DNA of 32,000 nt from Nonlabens ponticola. Its GTDB lineage: Bacteria; Bacteroidota; Bacteroidia; Flavobacteriales; Flavobacteriaceae. The notes beneath the pieces were generated by a model. The model searched no databases. It saw only the letters and a program-made list of their open reading frames with translations, and was not told where the DNA came from. This document shows, in pieces, positions 17,594-26,424 of the stretch. Each line of letters begins with the position of its first letter. Within the stretch, counting starts at the first letter, position 1. The position numbers and the translations under genes are program-made. The stretch lies in contig NZ_CP034549.1 of NCBI RefSeq assembly GCF_003966335.1, positions 30,001-62,000 of the forward strand. Reading direction: 5' to 3'.

Positions 17594-18484
17594 TTAATAA
17601 TTCCACATATCAATTTCAAAATTGCGGATAATCTCTTGCAATCTTTGAGATTCTAAAAGCTGCATCATGGAATTATCTGCAATGTAAGAGTCGATATCCC
17701 TATCGCCTTGTACATTGTCAATCTTATAGATCACAGCGTTAAACCTTCTAGAGTTCAACAAATGATCAAAGGATATTGGCCGTGCTGAGTTTTGCGAATT
17801 GAAGGATTTTGCCTCGTGTAAAATGTTGCGTGCGTCTGGATAGAACACCCAGAACAACTCTACCCCAGTCTTATCTTCTAAGAAATTTACATCTGGCGTT
17901 ACTGGCGCTATACCTATCAAACGATACTTTAGTTCCGCTTGACGCGTGTCAAAATACCAAACACCACGTATGCGGTACTCATCTACCATGTTAGCGTTGA
18001 TGGTGGTGGTTGTGATATACTCAGCAGGAACACTACCGGTTTGATTATAAATTTCAATACCAGCATCTGATGTATCCACGCGACGTAAACTGCTACCTAG
18101 GTCTTGGAAATTTGCCTTAGTATTGAAGTAAGAATCTCTGTATAATTCGATTTGTCCTTCACGAGCTGCTTTGGTCAATACATGAAACAACGATCTACGA
18201 TTACCACCTACAAAGTTGGTATCCACAGGATAGTACAATGGGAAGTTCATACGCTCGTCCAGATCAATAGATTCCCAAACATTGCGCTGCCACAATATGT
18301 CCCGATCACCTACAAAACCGTAAGGTAAAGGCTCATCATTATCGTTAATTAATTGCTCTAGCGTTTTCTCACCTATCTCGTCCGGTGATTTTGCATTGAG
18401 AATATTGTTCTGTGCTTGCAAGCTTCCTGTGATAAACACAGCGACAAGCAATAAGAGGACTTTATTCATAATTTCTTTTTTCAA
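17594..18484 (-). CDS. gldN: Gliding motility / T9SS periplasmic ring protein GldN (PorN)
   Basis: It is 296 aa with a signal peptide (MKKEIMNKVLLLLVAVFITGSLQAQ). It sits directly after gldM with a 3-nt gap. The size and sequence character are those of GldN. Confidence 0.88.
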   Translation of the reverse strand: MKKEIMNKVLLLLVAVFITGSLQAQNNILNAKSPDEIGEKTLEQLINDNDEPLPYGFVGDRDILWQRNVWESIDLDERMNFPLYYPVDTNFVGGNRRSLFHVLTKAAREGQIELYRDSYFNTKANFQDLGSSLRRVDTSDAGIEIYNQTGSVPAEYITTTTINANMVDEYRIRGVWYFDTRQAELKYRLIGIAPVTPDVNFLEDKTGVELFWVFYPDARNILHEAKSFNSQNSARPISFDHLLNSRRFNAVIYKIDNVQGDRDIDSYIADNSMMQLLESQRLQEIIRNFEIDMWNY

Positions 18485-18487
18485 TAA

Positions 18488-20038
18488 TTAGTCTGTCAAC
18501 TCAATAGAAACAGGAGTCGTTGACTTTAACTGCTGCCCTGGCACTGTTGACTTGATCTGTGCAATTTGTACTATAGCTCCTTGAGGTGCTCTTGCTAGTG
18601 CAGCCTTAGCCGCTGCATTCAATTTATTACCAGAAACCTTTACACCTGGCACACCAGGTACTTTGAAAATAAATTGAGTTACTCGTGGAGTAAGATCAAA
18701 GTCAAAGTCTAAGAACTCTGATGATACGGTAGATATTGCAAGGTTTGCACGATTTTTACGCACACCATCAAATTCTCCTGAAATCATACCCGTAGGATTA
18801 GGCAATCCTTTAATACGGAAGGTTTTTGAATCACGTACTGTCTCGCCGGTTTCTAGTGTACCTGTGACATTGATATCCACTGTTGCTCCTGAACTTGGTT
18901 TCATATTATAACTAGCTCCACCACGTGAACTCAAACCTGGCGCACTTGCCTTAACTCTGTTATTAGGAACACCTGCAAAGGATATGGTCATAGGATTATC
19001 AACACCTCTATATACCACGTTCATTTTGTCTGCACTAATAGTTGCACTGTTCGGCTTTCCTATTACAGAGTATTTTTGGTTAATAGGAATTACTATCGTA
19101 GAATCGCCTTCCATAAATTGCATCTCACCACTGATCGTCTTGTCTCCTACTGATCCAGCACCAAAGCTCAACTGAACTGCACCATTTTTAATCTGACTTG
19201 CAGGAACTTCAGAGCCATTGATAATTACTTTACTTGGTTTCAGGTTAGAGTCGTAACGACCCAACACTACTTCACCTGTAACAGTTTCTCCATTAAAGAA
19301 AGCTCCTTTATCTAAACTAACAATAGTTTGATAATTGTTCATGGACGCGATCTCGATCAACTCACCTTGTAGCAATTGACCTAAAACATCCGCTTGAGCA
19401 TTCTTGACATCATTCTGCATTTGTGTCAACTTTGCTTTTGAAGCAATCAGTGGATAACCTTCATAGTGATATCTCAAATAGTTAATCTTTTCACTATCTG
19501 GATCATCCATCTCTGAAGGAACATCACTTGTGTCGAATTTCTCCTTGATCTCAGTTCTCAATTGATCGTATCCTTCTTCAGGTAACGCATCTAACATGCC
19601 GGTACGATATGCATCCATTTGAGACAAAAACTCCTGTCCATCTGGTGACAAACCATCACCGCTAAATAATTTAGAATCTAAATAATCGGTTTTATCCTGA
19701 GTCTGAAAATCACCTCGGTCTTCTTCTGGAATAGATTCCATCATCCCGCTTTTGAGAGAAGCTAGGTATTCATCAAATCGATTAGAAACTTCAGAAACCT
19801 GCTCGGCAGATGCAACGGCTTCTTTGAACTGTTCTGGTTGTTCCTGCGCTTTTTGCTCTAGTTGAGCTAGAGAAGCCTCATTACGAGTCTCTAGGGTAGC
19901 ATTATTCTCTGCAACACTTTCTTCAATAATACCGAAAGCCGTAAGAACCTCTTTACTCATATTAAGGGCCAGCATCGCGATAAAAACCAAATACATTAGG
20001 TTAATCATCTTTTGCCTTGGGCCTTGTCCTCCTGCCAT
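18488..20038 (-). CDS. gldM: Gliding motility / T9SS motor-associated protein GldM (PorM)
   Basis: The N-terminus MAGGQGPRQKMINLMYLVFIAMLALNMSKEVL is the highly conserved GldM start with a single TM helix. The protein is 516 aa and lies between gldL and gldN. Confidence 0.93.
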   Translation of the reverse strand: MAGGQGPRQKMINLMYLVFIAMLALNMSKEVLTAFGIIEESVAENNATLETRNEASLAQLEQKAQEQPEQFKEAVASAEQVSEVSNRFDEYLASLKSGMMESIPEEDRGDFQTQDKTDYLDSKLFSGDGLSPDGQEFLSQMDAYRTGMLDALPEEGYDQLRTEIKEKFDTSDVPSEMDDPDSEKINYLRYHYEGYPLIASKAKLTQMQNDVKNAQADVLGQLLQGELIEIASMNNYQTIVSLDKGAFFNGETVTGEVVLGRYDSNLKPSKVIINGSEVPASQIKNGAVQLSFGAGSVGDKTISGEMQFMEGDSTIVIPINQKYSVIGKPNSATISADKMNVVYRGVDNPMTISFAGVPNNRVKASAPGLSSRGGASYNMKPSSGATVDINVTGTLETGETVRDSKTFRIKGLPNPTGMISGEFDGVRKNRANLAISTVSSEFLDFDFDLTPRVTQFIFKVPGVPGVKVSGNKLNAAAKAALARAPQGAIVQIAQIKSTVPGQQLKSTTPVSIELTD

Positions 20039-20086
20039 AATTGTAGTCTAATTGGTTGTTTTTAATTAATTGAAATGAAGAACTAA

Positions 20087-20749
20087 TTATCCTTTCATTG
20101 CTCCTAGCATGTTTCCATACACGCCATTAAGACTACTCAAATTATTGGCAAGACCTTCCATTTGGTCCTTAAGTCTAGCAGCGTTGTTAGCAACCTCTTG
20201 GTTAACTTCTGCCTGACGAGCGGTGCTTTCTACTTGAACCTTATATAGACTATTTAATGATTCCATTTGTGCTGCGGCAAGTGCCATTTCCTCAGAGTAT
20301 TTCTTAGTGGAAGACATTGCTTCAGCCGTCGGTGCCATTCCTTTGGCAGCACCTTCAAAGCTTCTGATGCTTGTTCCTAGACTCTCCATTAGTGCAGCAT
20401 CTACTTTTGCTTCTTTAAGCATTTCATCCAGCTTTTTAGATAGCATACTCTCTGCCTCTGCAGTTTCCTGTAATTGATTTTTCGCTTTCGCGGAAGCGGT
20501 ACCACCAGCAAGCTCTGGATAAACTAGTGACCAATCTAGATCATCATCAACTGGTTCAAACGCAGAAATCGCAAAAATCGCAGCCTCGGTGAGAAGACCA
20601 ATTGCTAAAAGGTCACCACCAGTAAGAGTATAAAATCCTAAAGGAAGTTCCCAGTGTAGAATTTTAAATAGAGCTCCAACGATTACAATTGCTGCTCCTA
20701 GGCCATAAGCCATGTTAAATAATTTCTTTGTTCCTTTAGATTGTGCCAT
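20087..20749 (-). CDS. gldL: Gliding motility / T9SS motor protein GldL (PorL)
   Basis: The protein is 220 aa. It has two N-terminal TM helices (FNMAYGLGAAIVIVGALFKILHW; LAIGLLTEAAIFAISAFEP, with the conserved Glu) followed by a helical cytoplasmic tail. Confidence 0.92.
   Translation of the reverse strand: MAQSKGTKKLFNMAYGLGAAIVIVGALFKILHWELPLGFYTLTGGDLLAIGLLTEAAIFAISAFEPVDDDLDWSLVYPELAGGTASAKAKNQLQETAEAESMLSKKLDEMLKEAKVDAALMESLGTSIRSFEGAAKGMAPTAEAMSSTKKYSEEMALAAAQMESLNSLYKVQVESTARQAEVNQEVANNAARLKDQMEGLANNLSSLNGVYGNMLGAMKG
20483..20498. repeat. One-mismatch copy of the 16-nt palindrome (CGCTTTCGCgGAAGCG) inside gldL
   Basis: It is read on the minus strand as A-S-A-K-A (in GGTASAKAKNQ), in the linker after the TM helices. 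Confidence 0.75.
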
Positions 20750-20785
20750 GTGTTAGGGTACTTTATTATTAAATGTTGAATAAAC

Positions 20786-22153
20786 TTATCTAGTTGACGC
20801 GTTGAGCGTCACGTCTGTACCGACATAAGATTGTACGGTACGGAAACCAATATAACTCCTTGCTGAATCTTGATACTCATAATCGCGAGTACCTACTTGT
20901 AAAAAATACGAAACGTCTTTCCACGATCCACCGCGCACGCCTTTACGGCGATTGTTAGCGTCGTTAACCACAGGGTTCATTGAACTCATATACTCATACG
21001 CTCCTGGCTCGTAGGATGAGTTCACCCATTCTGCCACGTTACCAGACATATTGTAAAGATTGTAATCGTTAGGCTCATAAGAATCTGCCTCGACCGTATA
21101 CAATGCTTGATCAGCAGCGTAATCTCCACGCAATGGCTTGAAGTTAGCTAAAAAACAACCACGGTCATTTTTTGCATAAGGACCACCCCATGGATAAGTT
21201 GCACTTTCTAGACCACCGCGAGCGGCGTATTCCCATTCTGCCTCACTAGGCAATCTGTATTCAAAAACATCATCACGGCCTTTTTGTTTTCTCACATAAC
21301 CATTGTGATACAACGTTCTCCATTGAGCAAACGCCTTTGCTTGCTCCCAATTGACTCCAACAACAGGATAATCACTGTATGCCTCATGATAATAGTAATC
21401 ATTGTGCATAGGTTCATTATAGCTATAATTAAAATCTCTAATCCACACGGTAGTGTCTGGATAAACATTAATCGTTTTTGTTTGAATAAAATCCTTGCGA
21501 CTCATATCAGGATTTCTTGCAGCACCTTCAGAATCCTTCTCTGAATATCTAAAAATCAATTTCTCAACATCAATTGTTCTCTTACCATTGTACGCCTCTT
21601 CAAAAGGTATGTACATACTATCGTAAGCTTCAGCATAGTATTCATCAGGAATATCTTCTGTATCCCAGATAAGCTCTTCTCTCCAATTTAATTTGCGGCC
21701 CTCGTATCCAGTCTCGCCCAAACCAACATAATTGTCAATAACATACTGCTCCCATACTGTTGGGTTTTGATTGTTGGCATCAACAAAGGCAAAATCACCA
21801 GTGCCACCGCTACCAGCAGTAAGACCTTCATCATCAGCAATAATCGCTAACCTCATTCTAAGAGTAGAATCACGTACCCAATTAGTAAATTGGCGGTATT
21901 CAGAATTAGTTATTTCCGTCTCATCCATATAAAAGGAGGAAACTGTAACAGTTTTGGCAGGAGCATTTTGCACAGCAGCAATATCGTCGTCTGCCTTACC
22001 CATAATGAAAGATCCACCTGGAACTAGTGTCATTCCATACGGTTTTTCTGGATACCATTTTTTACCATCTACGCCTACTAATTGACCGCGATCGCCCTTA
22101 CCACAACTAGCAAGAAAAACAACCATCACGACGAGCATGAGTAACTTTTTCAT
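20786..22153 (-). CDS. gldK: Gliding motility / T9SS lipoprotein GldK (PorK), SUMF1/FGE-sulfatase-fold
   Basis: The start is placed at Met11 (ATG 22153), which gives a lipoprotein signal with a lipobox (MKKLLMLVVMVVFLASCGK). The track start at 22183 is an alternative. FGE-like motifs are present (RVxRGGSW-like: VRGGSWKD; EWEYAARGG; GNVAEWV). Confidence 0.9.
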   Translation of the reverse strand: MKKLLMLVVMVVFLASCGKGDRGQLVGVDGKKWYPEKPYGMTLVPGGSFIMGKADDDIAAVQNAPAKTVTVSSFYMDETEITNSEYRQFTNWVRDSTLRMRLAIIADDEGLTAGSGGTGDFAFVDANNQNPTVWEQYVIDNYVGLGETGYEGRKLNWREELIWDTEDIPDEYYAEAYDSMYIPFEEAYNGKRTIDVEKLIFRYSEKDSEGAARNPDMSRKDFIQTKTINVYPDTTVWIRDFNYSYNEPMHNDYYYHEAYSDYPVVGVNWEQAKAFAQWRTLYHNGYVRKQKGRDDVFEYRLPSEAEWEYAARGGLESATYPWGGPYAKNDRGCFLANFKPLRGDYAADQALYTVEADSYEPNDYNLYNMSGNVAEWVNSSYEPGAYEYMSSMNPVVNDANNRRKGVRGGSWKDVSYFLQVGTRDYEYQDSARSYIGFRTVQSYVGTDVTLNASTR

Positions 22154-22188
22154 ATGTAAATCCCTATTAGAAACGAATTTCAAGCTGG

Positions 22189-22219
22189 TAAACCTATTGT
22201 AAAGAATTTAATTACCAAA
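22189..22219 (-). promoter_or_regulatory. Candidate Bacteroidota promoter for gldKLMN (TTTG-N19-TAGGTTTA)
   Basis: On the minus strand, TTTG is at 22219-22216 and TAGGTTTA (7/8 match to TAnnTTTG) is at 22196-22189. The expected TSS near 22182 would exclude the 22183 ATG and so favours the 22153 start. Confidence 0.4.
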
Positions 22220-22266
22220 CTATAATTCTCTTGTTAACGTTAATTTTAAAAGGTGCAAGATAGTTA

Positions 22267-23427
22267 TTATACCTCATTTTTTTGCCTGGCTTTTAGCCAT
22301 CTTTTTGGCAAAATTTGGTCGGCTGCCATGAGGTAGTCATTCTTATCACAGGGTAATAACGTGTACTGCTTTAATTTATTATTGAGATTTGAGATAAACG
22401 GCAGCTCAATCCACCATCGCCCTGTTTTACTGGACTCATAGAAGATAAGCGTCTGGTCGTCTACTGGTACTTTGTACTTTTTAAAGCCCCTATTTATGTC
22501 TATTGGGTACTCACCGCTACGGTATGAGTAGCCTTCAATGAAGTACCAAAGTGCCTGCGCAATGACCTTACTACCTGCTAATGAAATGCCATCAAACAGT
22601 TCAAAAAAACCTACCGCCTTTAGTCGATCACTTAATCCAGAATATCTCGATAAACTGCATAATTGAGCTGAAGAAAATCCATTAGGCTCTCCATTTGGAT
22701 TTTGTAGGTCGGCTGCCTTGACACTTTTCAAGTCAAAACCTATGAGATCTGCATCTCGCAAAATAGGTTCGGCTAATTTTATATCTGCATCCAATTCACC
22801 CAATCTAATTGCGTCAAAATACATACGCTCTAGAAGATCAATCTCGTCCTGTGAATTGTAATAGGTTTGAAACCCTAAATTGCTGTAATTAAATAAATTA
22901 TAAGGCTCATTAGCTACCATCTTGCCTATGTAGCTGCGACTGGTAATGGACTCCTCAATATTCCCTAGATCAAAACAATTATCTACATTGACAACATTAA
23001 TCATACTCTTGATGGAGTCAAACGACCGATACATGGGATACATGAGATCTTGACTACCGCCAATGATGACTGGTATGATGTCTTGATCTATTAAAAATTC
23101 CGTGATCTTTTGAACTACAAAATAAGTATCGGTAACACTTTCTCCTGGAAGTACATTACCCAAATCAACTATGCGAGTAGGCCAATTTCCTGGAAACAAT
23201 TCGTAAAACGCAGTGCGCACCGCATCTACTGAACTTAAAGGCGACATCGCATTCAAGTCATTACGATTCTCTAGTACTACTATGATCGCAATATCAATCT
23301 GATCTAAGTCTGGTAAACCATCCTGATTGCTGTGTAGAAGAATGTTGTTACCTAGGGCTTGTTGATCTTGCATTTTTGCATGAGCAACCGCCGTATCAGA
23401 TATTGGAGTTAAATACTCTAACGCCAT
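22267..23427 (-). CDS. Arginase/formimidoylglutamase-fold (ureohydrolase superfamily) protein with a ~100-aa C-terminal extension, 386 aa
   Basis: The motif order and spacing fit the arginase fold: IIGGSQD at residues 121-127, VDNCFD at 148-153, GFDLKSV at 230-236, and GFFELFD at 273-279. Several canonical Mn ligands are substituted (see findings). Confidence 0.55.
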   Translation of the reverse strand: MALEYLTPISDTAVAHAKMQDQQALGNNILLHSNQDGLPDLDQIDIAIIVVLENRNDLNAMSPLSSVDAVRTAFYELFPGNWPTRIVDLGNVLPGESVTDTYFVVQKITEFLIDQDIIPVIIGGSQDLMYPMYRSFDSIKSMINVVNVDNCFDLGNIEESITSRSYIGKMVANEPYNLFNYSNLGFQTYYNSQDEIDLLERMYFDAIRLGELDADIKLAEPILRDADLIGFDLKSVKAADLQNPNGEPNGFSSAQLCSLSRYSGLSDRLKAVGFFELFDGISLAGSKVIAQALWYFIEGYSYRSGEYPIDINRGFKKYKVPVDDQTLIFYESSKTGRWWIELPFISNLNNKLKQYTLLPCDKNDYLMAADQILPKRWLKARQKNEV

Positions 23428-23432
23428 TTAGA

Positions 23433-25982
23433 CTACTTCTTTTTAGCTTTTGATTTTGTCTTTGTAGCTGCTTTCTTTTTAGGTGCAGCTTTTTTCTTGG
23501 TGGCCGTTTTCTTTTTGGCTGCCGCTTTTTTCTTAGGAGCCTTTTTGGCAATCATCTCCTTGGCTTTTTCTAACGTGATTTTCAAGGGATCAATCGTTTT
23601 TGCCAGCTCGACTTTGGTCTTGCCTTTGATGATGTTGTGACGACCCCAACGCGCTTTTTCAATACGTATGCCTTCATCTTCCCAATCCACGATAAGCTTA
23701 TCTTTCTCTTTCTGGATCTTGTCCTTGATCAAGGTCTCAATATCATCGTTAGTCAAGTTATCAAAATCATACTTTTTATTGACTGATATAAACATGCCAG
23801 CCCATTTAATATAAGGACCAAATCGTCCGACACCTTTAGTCACAGGTTGCTCGTCATACATATATATAGGAGCATCAGCCTTTTCTTTTTGAGCGATCAA
23901 CTCTGCTGCACGATCAAAAGTTAGCGTCAATGGATCATCAGTATCTTCAAGAGAAACAAATGTTTTCTCATTGAACTTAACATAAGGGCCGAATCGTCCT
24001 TGATTCACCTCAACAGGATGACCATTATACTCGCCTACCGTTCTAGGTAATTTGAAGAGATCCATAACCTCTTCTAGCGTTACTGTATTAAGTGATTGTG
24101 ATGGTAATAAACTTGCAAACTGCGGCTTTTCTTCATCTTCGACGGTTCCTATCTGAGCCATTGGACCAAATCGCCCCAATCGCACGGAAATCGGCTTGCC
24201 TGTTTTAGAATCAGTTCCCAGGATACGCTCACCTACCTCACGCTCTGCATTTTCTGCCACGTCGGTAACAGTTGGATGAAAGTCTTTGTAGAAATGATCC
24301 ATCATGTCTTTCCATTCCTCTTTTCCTTCAGCGATGTTGTCAAAGGACTCTTCAACCTTGGCGGTAAAATTGTAGTCTAGAATATTGCCAAAATGCTCTA
24401 CTAAAAACTCGTTCACTACTCTACCCACGTCAGTAGGTACCAGTTTCCCTTTATCGCTTCCTGTAGTTTCAGTCAGCGTTTCTTCCTGTACCTCACCATC
24501 AGCTAGTGTCAATTGTGCATACGATCGTTCTTCACCGGTATTGATACCCTTTTGCACATACTTACGATTCTGTATGGTGGTAATGGTTGGCGCATAAGTA
24601 GATGGTCGCCCTATTCCTAGTTCCTCTAATTTTTTGACTAGTGAAGCCTCGGTATATCTGTATGGTGGTCTTGTAAAACGTTCAGTTGCGACGATTCTTT
24701 TATTTGATAACGACTGTCCTGTTTTAAGCTCTGGTAACAATCCTTGTTGTTCAAGATCTTCATCATCAGTGCTTTCTAGATATACTTTTAGGAAACCTTC
24801 AAATTTTACGATCTCACCGTTTGCAGTAAAGTTTTTATCGTGCGTGTCTGCCTCAATAACAACATTAGTTCTCTCCAGTTGTGCATCACTCATTTGGGAT
24901 GCTATGGCACGTTTCCAGATAAGCTCATACAATCTGGTCTGGTCACGATCTGCGCCAGCGCTGTGCAATGCAAAATCTGTAGGGCGTATGGCCTCGTGCG
25001 CTTCTTGAGCACCTTTTGACTTGCCTTTATAATTGCGTTCCTTGTGAAATTCCTTACCGTAAGCTTTTTGAATCTCGGCACTGGCGCTAGATTTCGCCTC
25101 CTTGCTCAGGTTGACGCTATCCGTTCTCATATAGGTAATGAGACCAGCCTCATACAATCGTTGTGCTAGTTGCATGGTACGACTTACATTAAAGAACAAT
25201 TTGCGCGATGCTTCTTGCTGTAATGTTGATGTAGTAAATGGTGGTGCTGGCGATTTTTTTGCTGGCTTTTTAGTGAGATCAGCAATTTTGAATTTGGCTT
25301 TTTTATTAAGGCCTAGAAATTCTTCGGCTGCCTTTCTTGATTTGATGTTTGACGGCAATTTTGCTTTGAAACTGCTACCATCTGCTGTTTCAAAAACAGC
25401 ATCTACCCTATAAGAAGCTTGTGGTTTAAAGTTAAGCACCTCATCCTCGCGCTCGACGATCAATCGCACAGCGACGGATTGTACACGACCAGCACTGGCA
25501 CCGCCCTTTACCTTTCTCCATAATATAGGAGATATTTCATATCCAACAATACGATCCAGCACGCGACGTGCTTGTTGTGCATTTACAAGATCATAATCAA
25601 TAGTACGTGGATTATCGATGGCGTGTTGCACCGCACTTTTTGTAATCGCATTAAAGACAATGCGCTTGGTATTTTCCTCCTTTAAATCTAGTTGTTCTGC
25701 TAGGTGCCACGCAATGGCCTCACCTTCTCGATCCTCATCGCTAGCCAGCCACACCGTTTCAGATTCGGCTGCCATTTTCTTGAGTTTTTTGACAAGATCC
25801 TTCTTGTCGCTACTCACGATATATTTAGGTTCAAAATCCTTATCCACCGCTACGCCCAGCTCCTTTGCTGGCAGGTCTGCAATGTGGCCAAAACTCGACG
25901 CCACCTTATAATCCTTACCTAGAAACTTCTCAATCGTCTTTGCCTTTGCAGGCGACTCCACTATCACTAGATTCTTTGCCAT
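23433..25982 (-). CDS. topA: DNA topoisomerase I
   Basis: The protein is 849 aa and starts with a TOPRIM N-terminus (MAKNLVIVESPAKAKTIEKFLG...DEDREGEAIAWH). The catalytic Tyr region is LITYMRTDS. It has C-terminal repeated domains (GRFGPY x3) and a Lys/Ala-rich tail. Confidence 0.96.
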   Translation of the reverse strand: MAKNLVIVESPAKAKTIEKFLGKDYKVASSFGHIADLPAKELGVAVDKDFEPKYIVSSDKKDLVKKLKKMAAESETVWLASDEDREGEAIAWHLAEQLDLKEENTKRIVFNAITKSAVQHAIDNPRTIDYDLVNAQQARRVLDRIVGYEISPILWRKVKGGASAGRVQSVAVRLIVEREDEVLNFKPQASYRVDAVFETADGSSFKAKLPSNIKSRKAAEEFLGLNKKAKFKIADLTKKPAKKSPAPPFTTSTLQQEASRKLFFNVSRTMQLAQRLYEAGLITYMRTDSVNLSKEAKSSASAEIQKAYGKEFHKERNYKGKSKGAQEAHEAIRPTDFALHSAGADRDQTRLYELIWKRAIASQMSDAQLERTNVVIEADTHDKNFTANGEIVKFEGFLKVYLESTDDEDLEQQGLLPELKTGQSLSNKRIVATERFTRPPYRYTEASLVKKLEELGIGRPSTYAPTITTIQNRKYVQKGINTGEERSYAQLTLADGEVQEETLTETTGSDKGKLVPTDVGRVVNEFLVEHFGNILDYNFTAKVEESFDNIAEGKEEWKDMMDHFYKDFHPTVTDVAENAEREVGERILGTDSKTGKPISVRLGRFGPMAQIGTVEDEEKPQFASLLPSQSLNTVTLEEVMDLFKLPRTVGEYNGHPVEVNQGRFGPYVKFNEKTFVSLEDTDDPLTLTFDRAAELIAQKEKADAPIYMYDEQPVTKGVGRFGPYIKWAGMFISVNKKYDFDNLTNDDIETLIKDKIQKEKDKLIVDWEDEGIRIEKARWGRHNIIKGKTKVELAKTIDPLKITLEKAKEMIAKKAPKKKAAAKKKTATKKKAAPKKKAATKTKSKAKKK

Positions 25983-26002
25983 TAAGCTCTCAATTTTGGT
26001 GG

Positions 26003-26036
26003 CAAAGGTATATGATATTTTTATTTAAAGTACAAA
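26003..26036 (-). promoter_or_regulatory. Candidate topA promoter (TTTG-N22-TACCTTTG)
   Basis: On the minus strand there is a perfect TAnnTTTG at 26010-26003, 22 nt upstream of the topA ATG, and a TTTG at 26036-26033. Confidence 0.45.
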
Positions 26037-26325
26037 ATGCTGTTAAACAGCGGTTTACGAGCCGGATTCTAGAGTTAATGATTTCATCTGTCGTGAGTTA
26101 TATAATAAGGACGGTAAAAAAGTTTGCTAAGTTTATGGGCGTTTCACTTCGGCACTGCAGAAAAAGCATCGCCTCGTGTCGGGCTTTACGTTGCAATCTT
26201 TATCGCCTATCACTCATAATCAGTAAGGCGATAAAGGATTTACACTACAATCCCTAACGCATTGTCAACCGCCTTGATGGACAGACAATTGCTTTTATAT
26301 AGTATCTATCTGTTGGGAGAATCAA

Positions 26326-26337
26326 CTTTCGCGAAAG
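26326..26337. repeat. 12-nt palindrome CTTTCGCGAAAG in the topA-miaB intergenic region
   Basis: It is a perfect 12-mer with the right flank GCGGTAT, as at 15825-15830. Confidence 0.9.
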
Positions 26338-26369
26338 CGGTATCACAGCAAAATATAAATTGCTGCCAC

Positions 26370-26403
26370 TTTGTCACTCTCTTATTAAAAAATTTTACCT
26401 TTG
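26370..26403 (+). promoter_or_regulatory. Candidate miaB promoter (TTTG-N22-TACCTTTG)
   Basis: TTTG is at 26370-26373. A perfect TAnnTTTG is at 26396-26403, 21 nt upstream of the miaB ATG. Confidence 0.45.
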
Positions 26404-26424
26404 CAGCCTGATTATCGATCGTGA

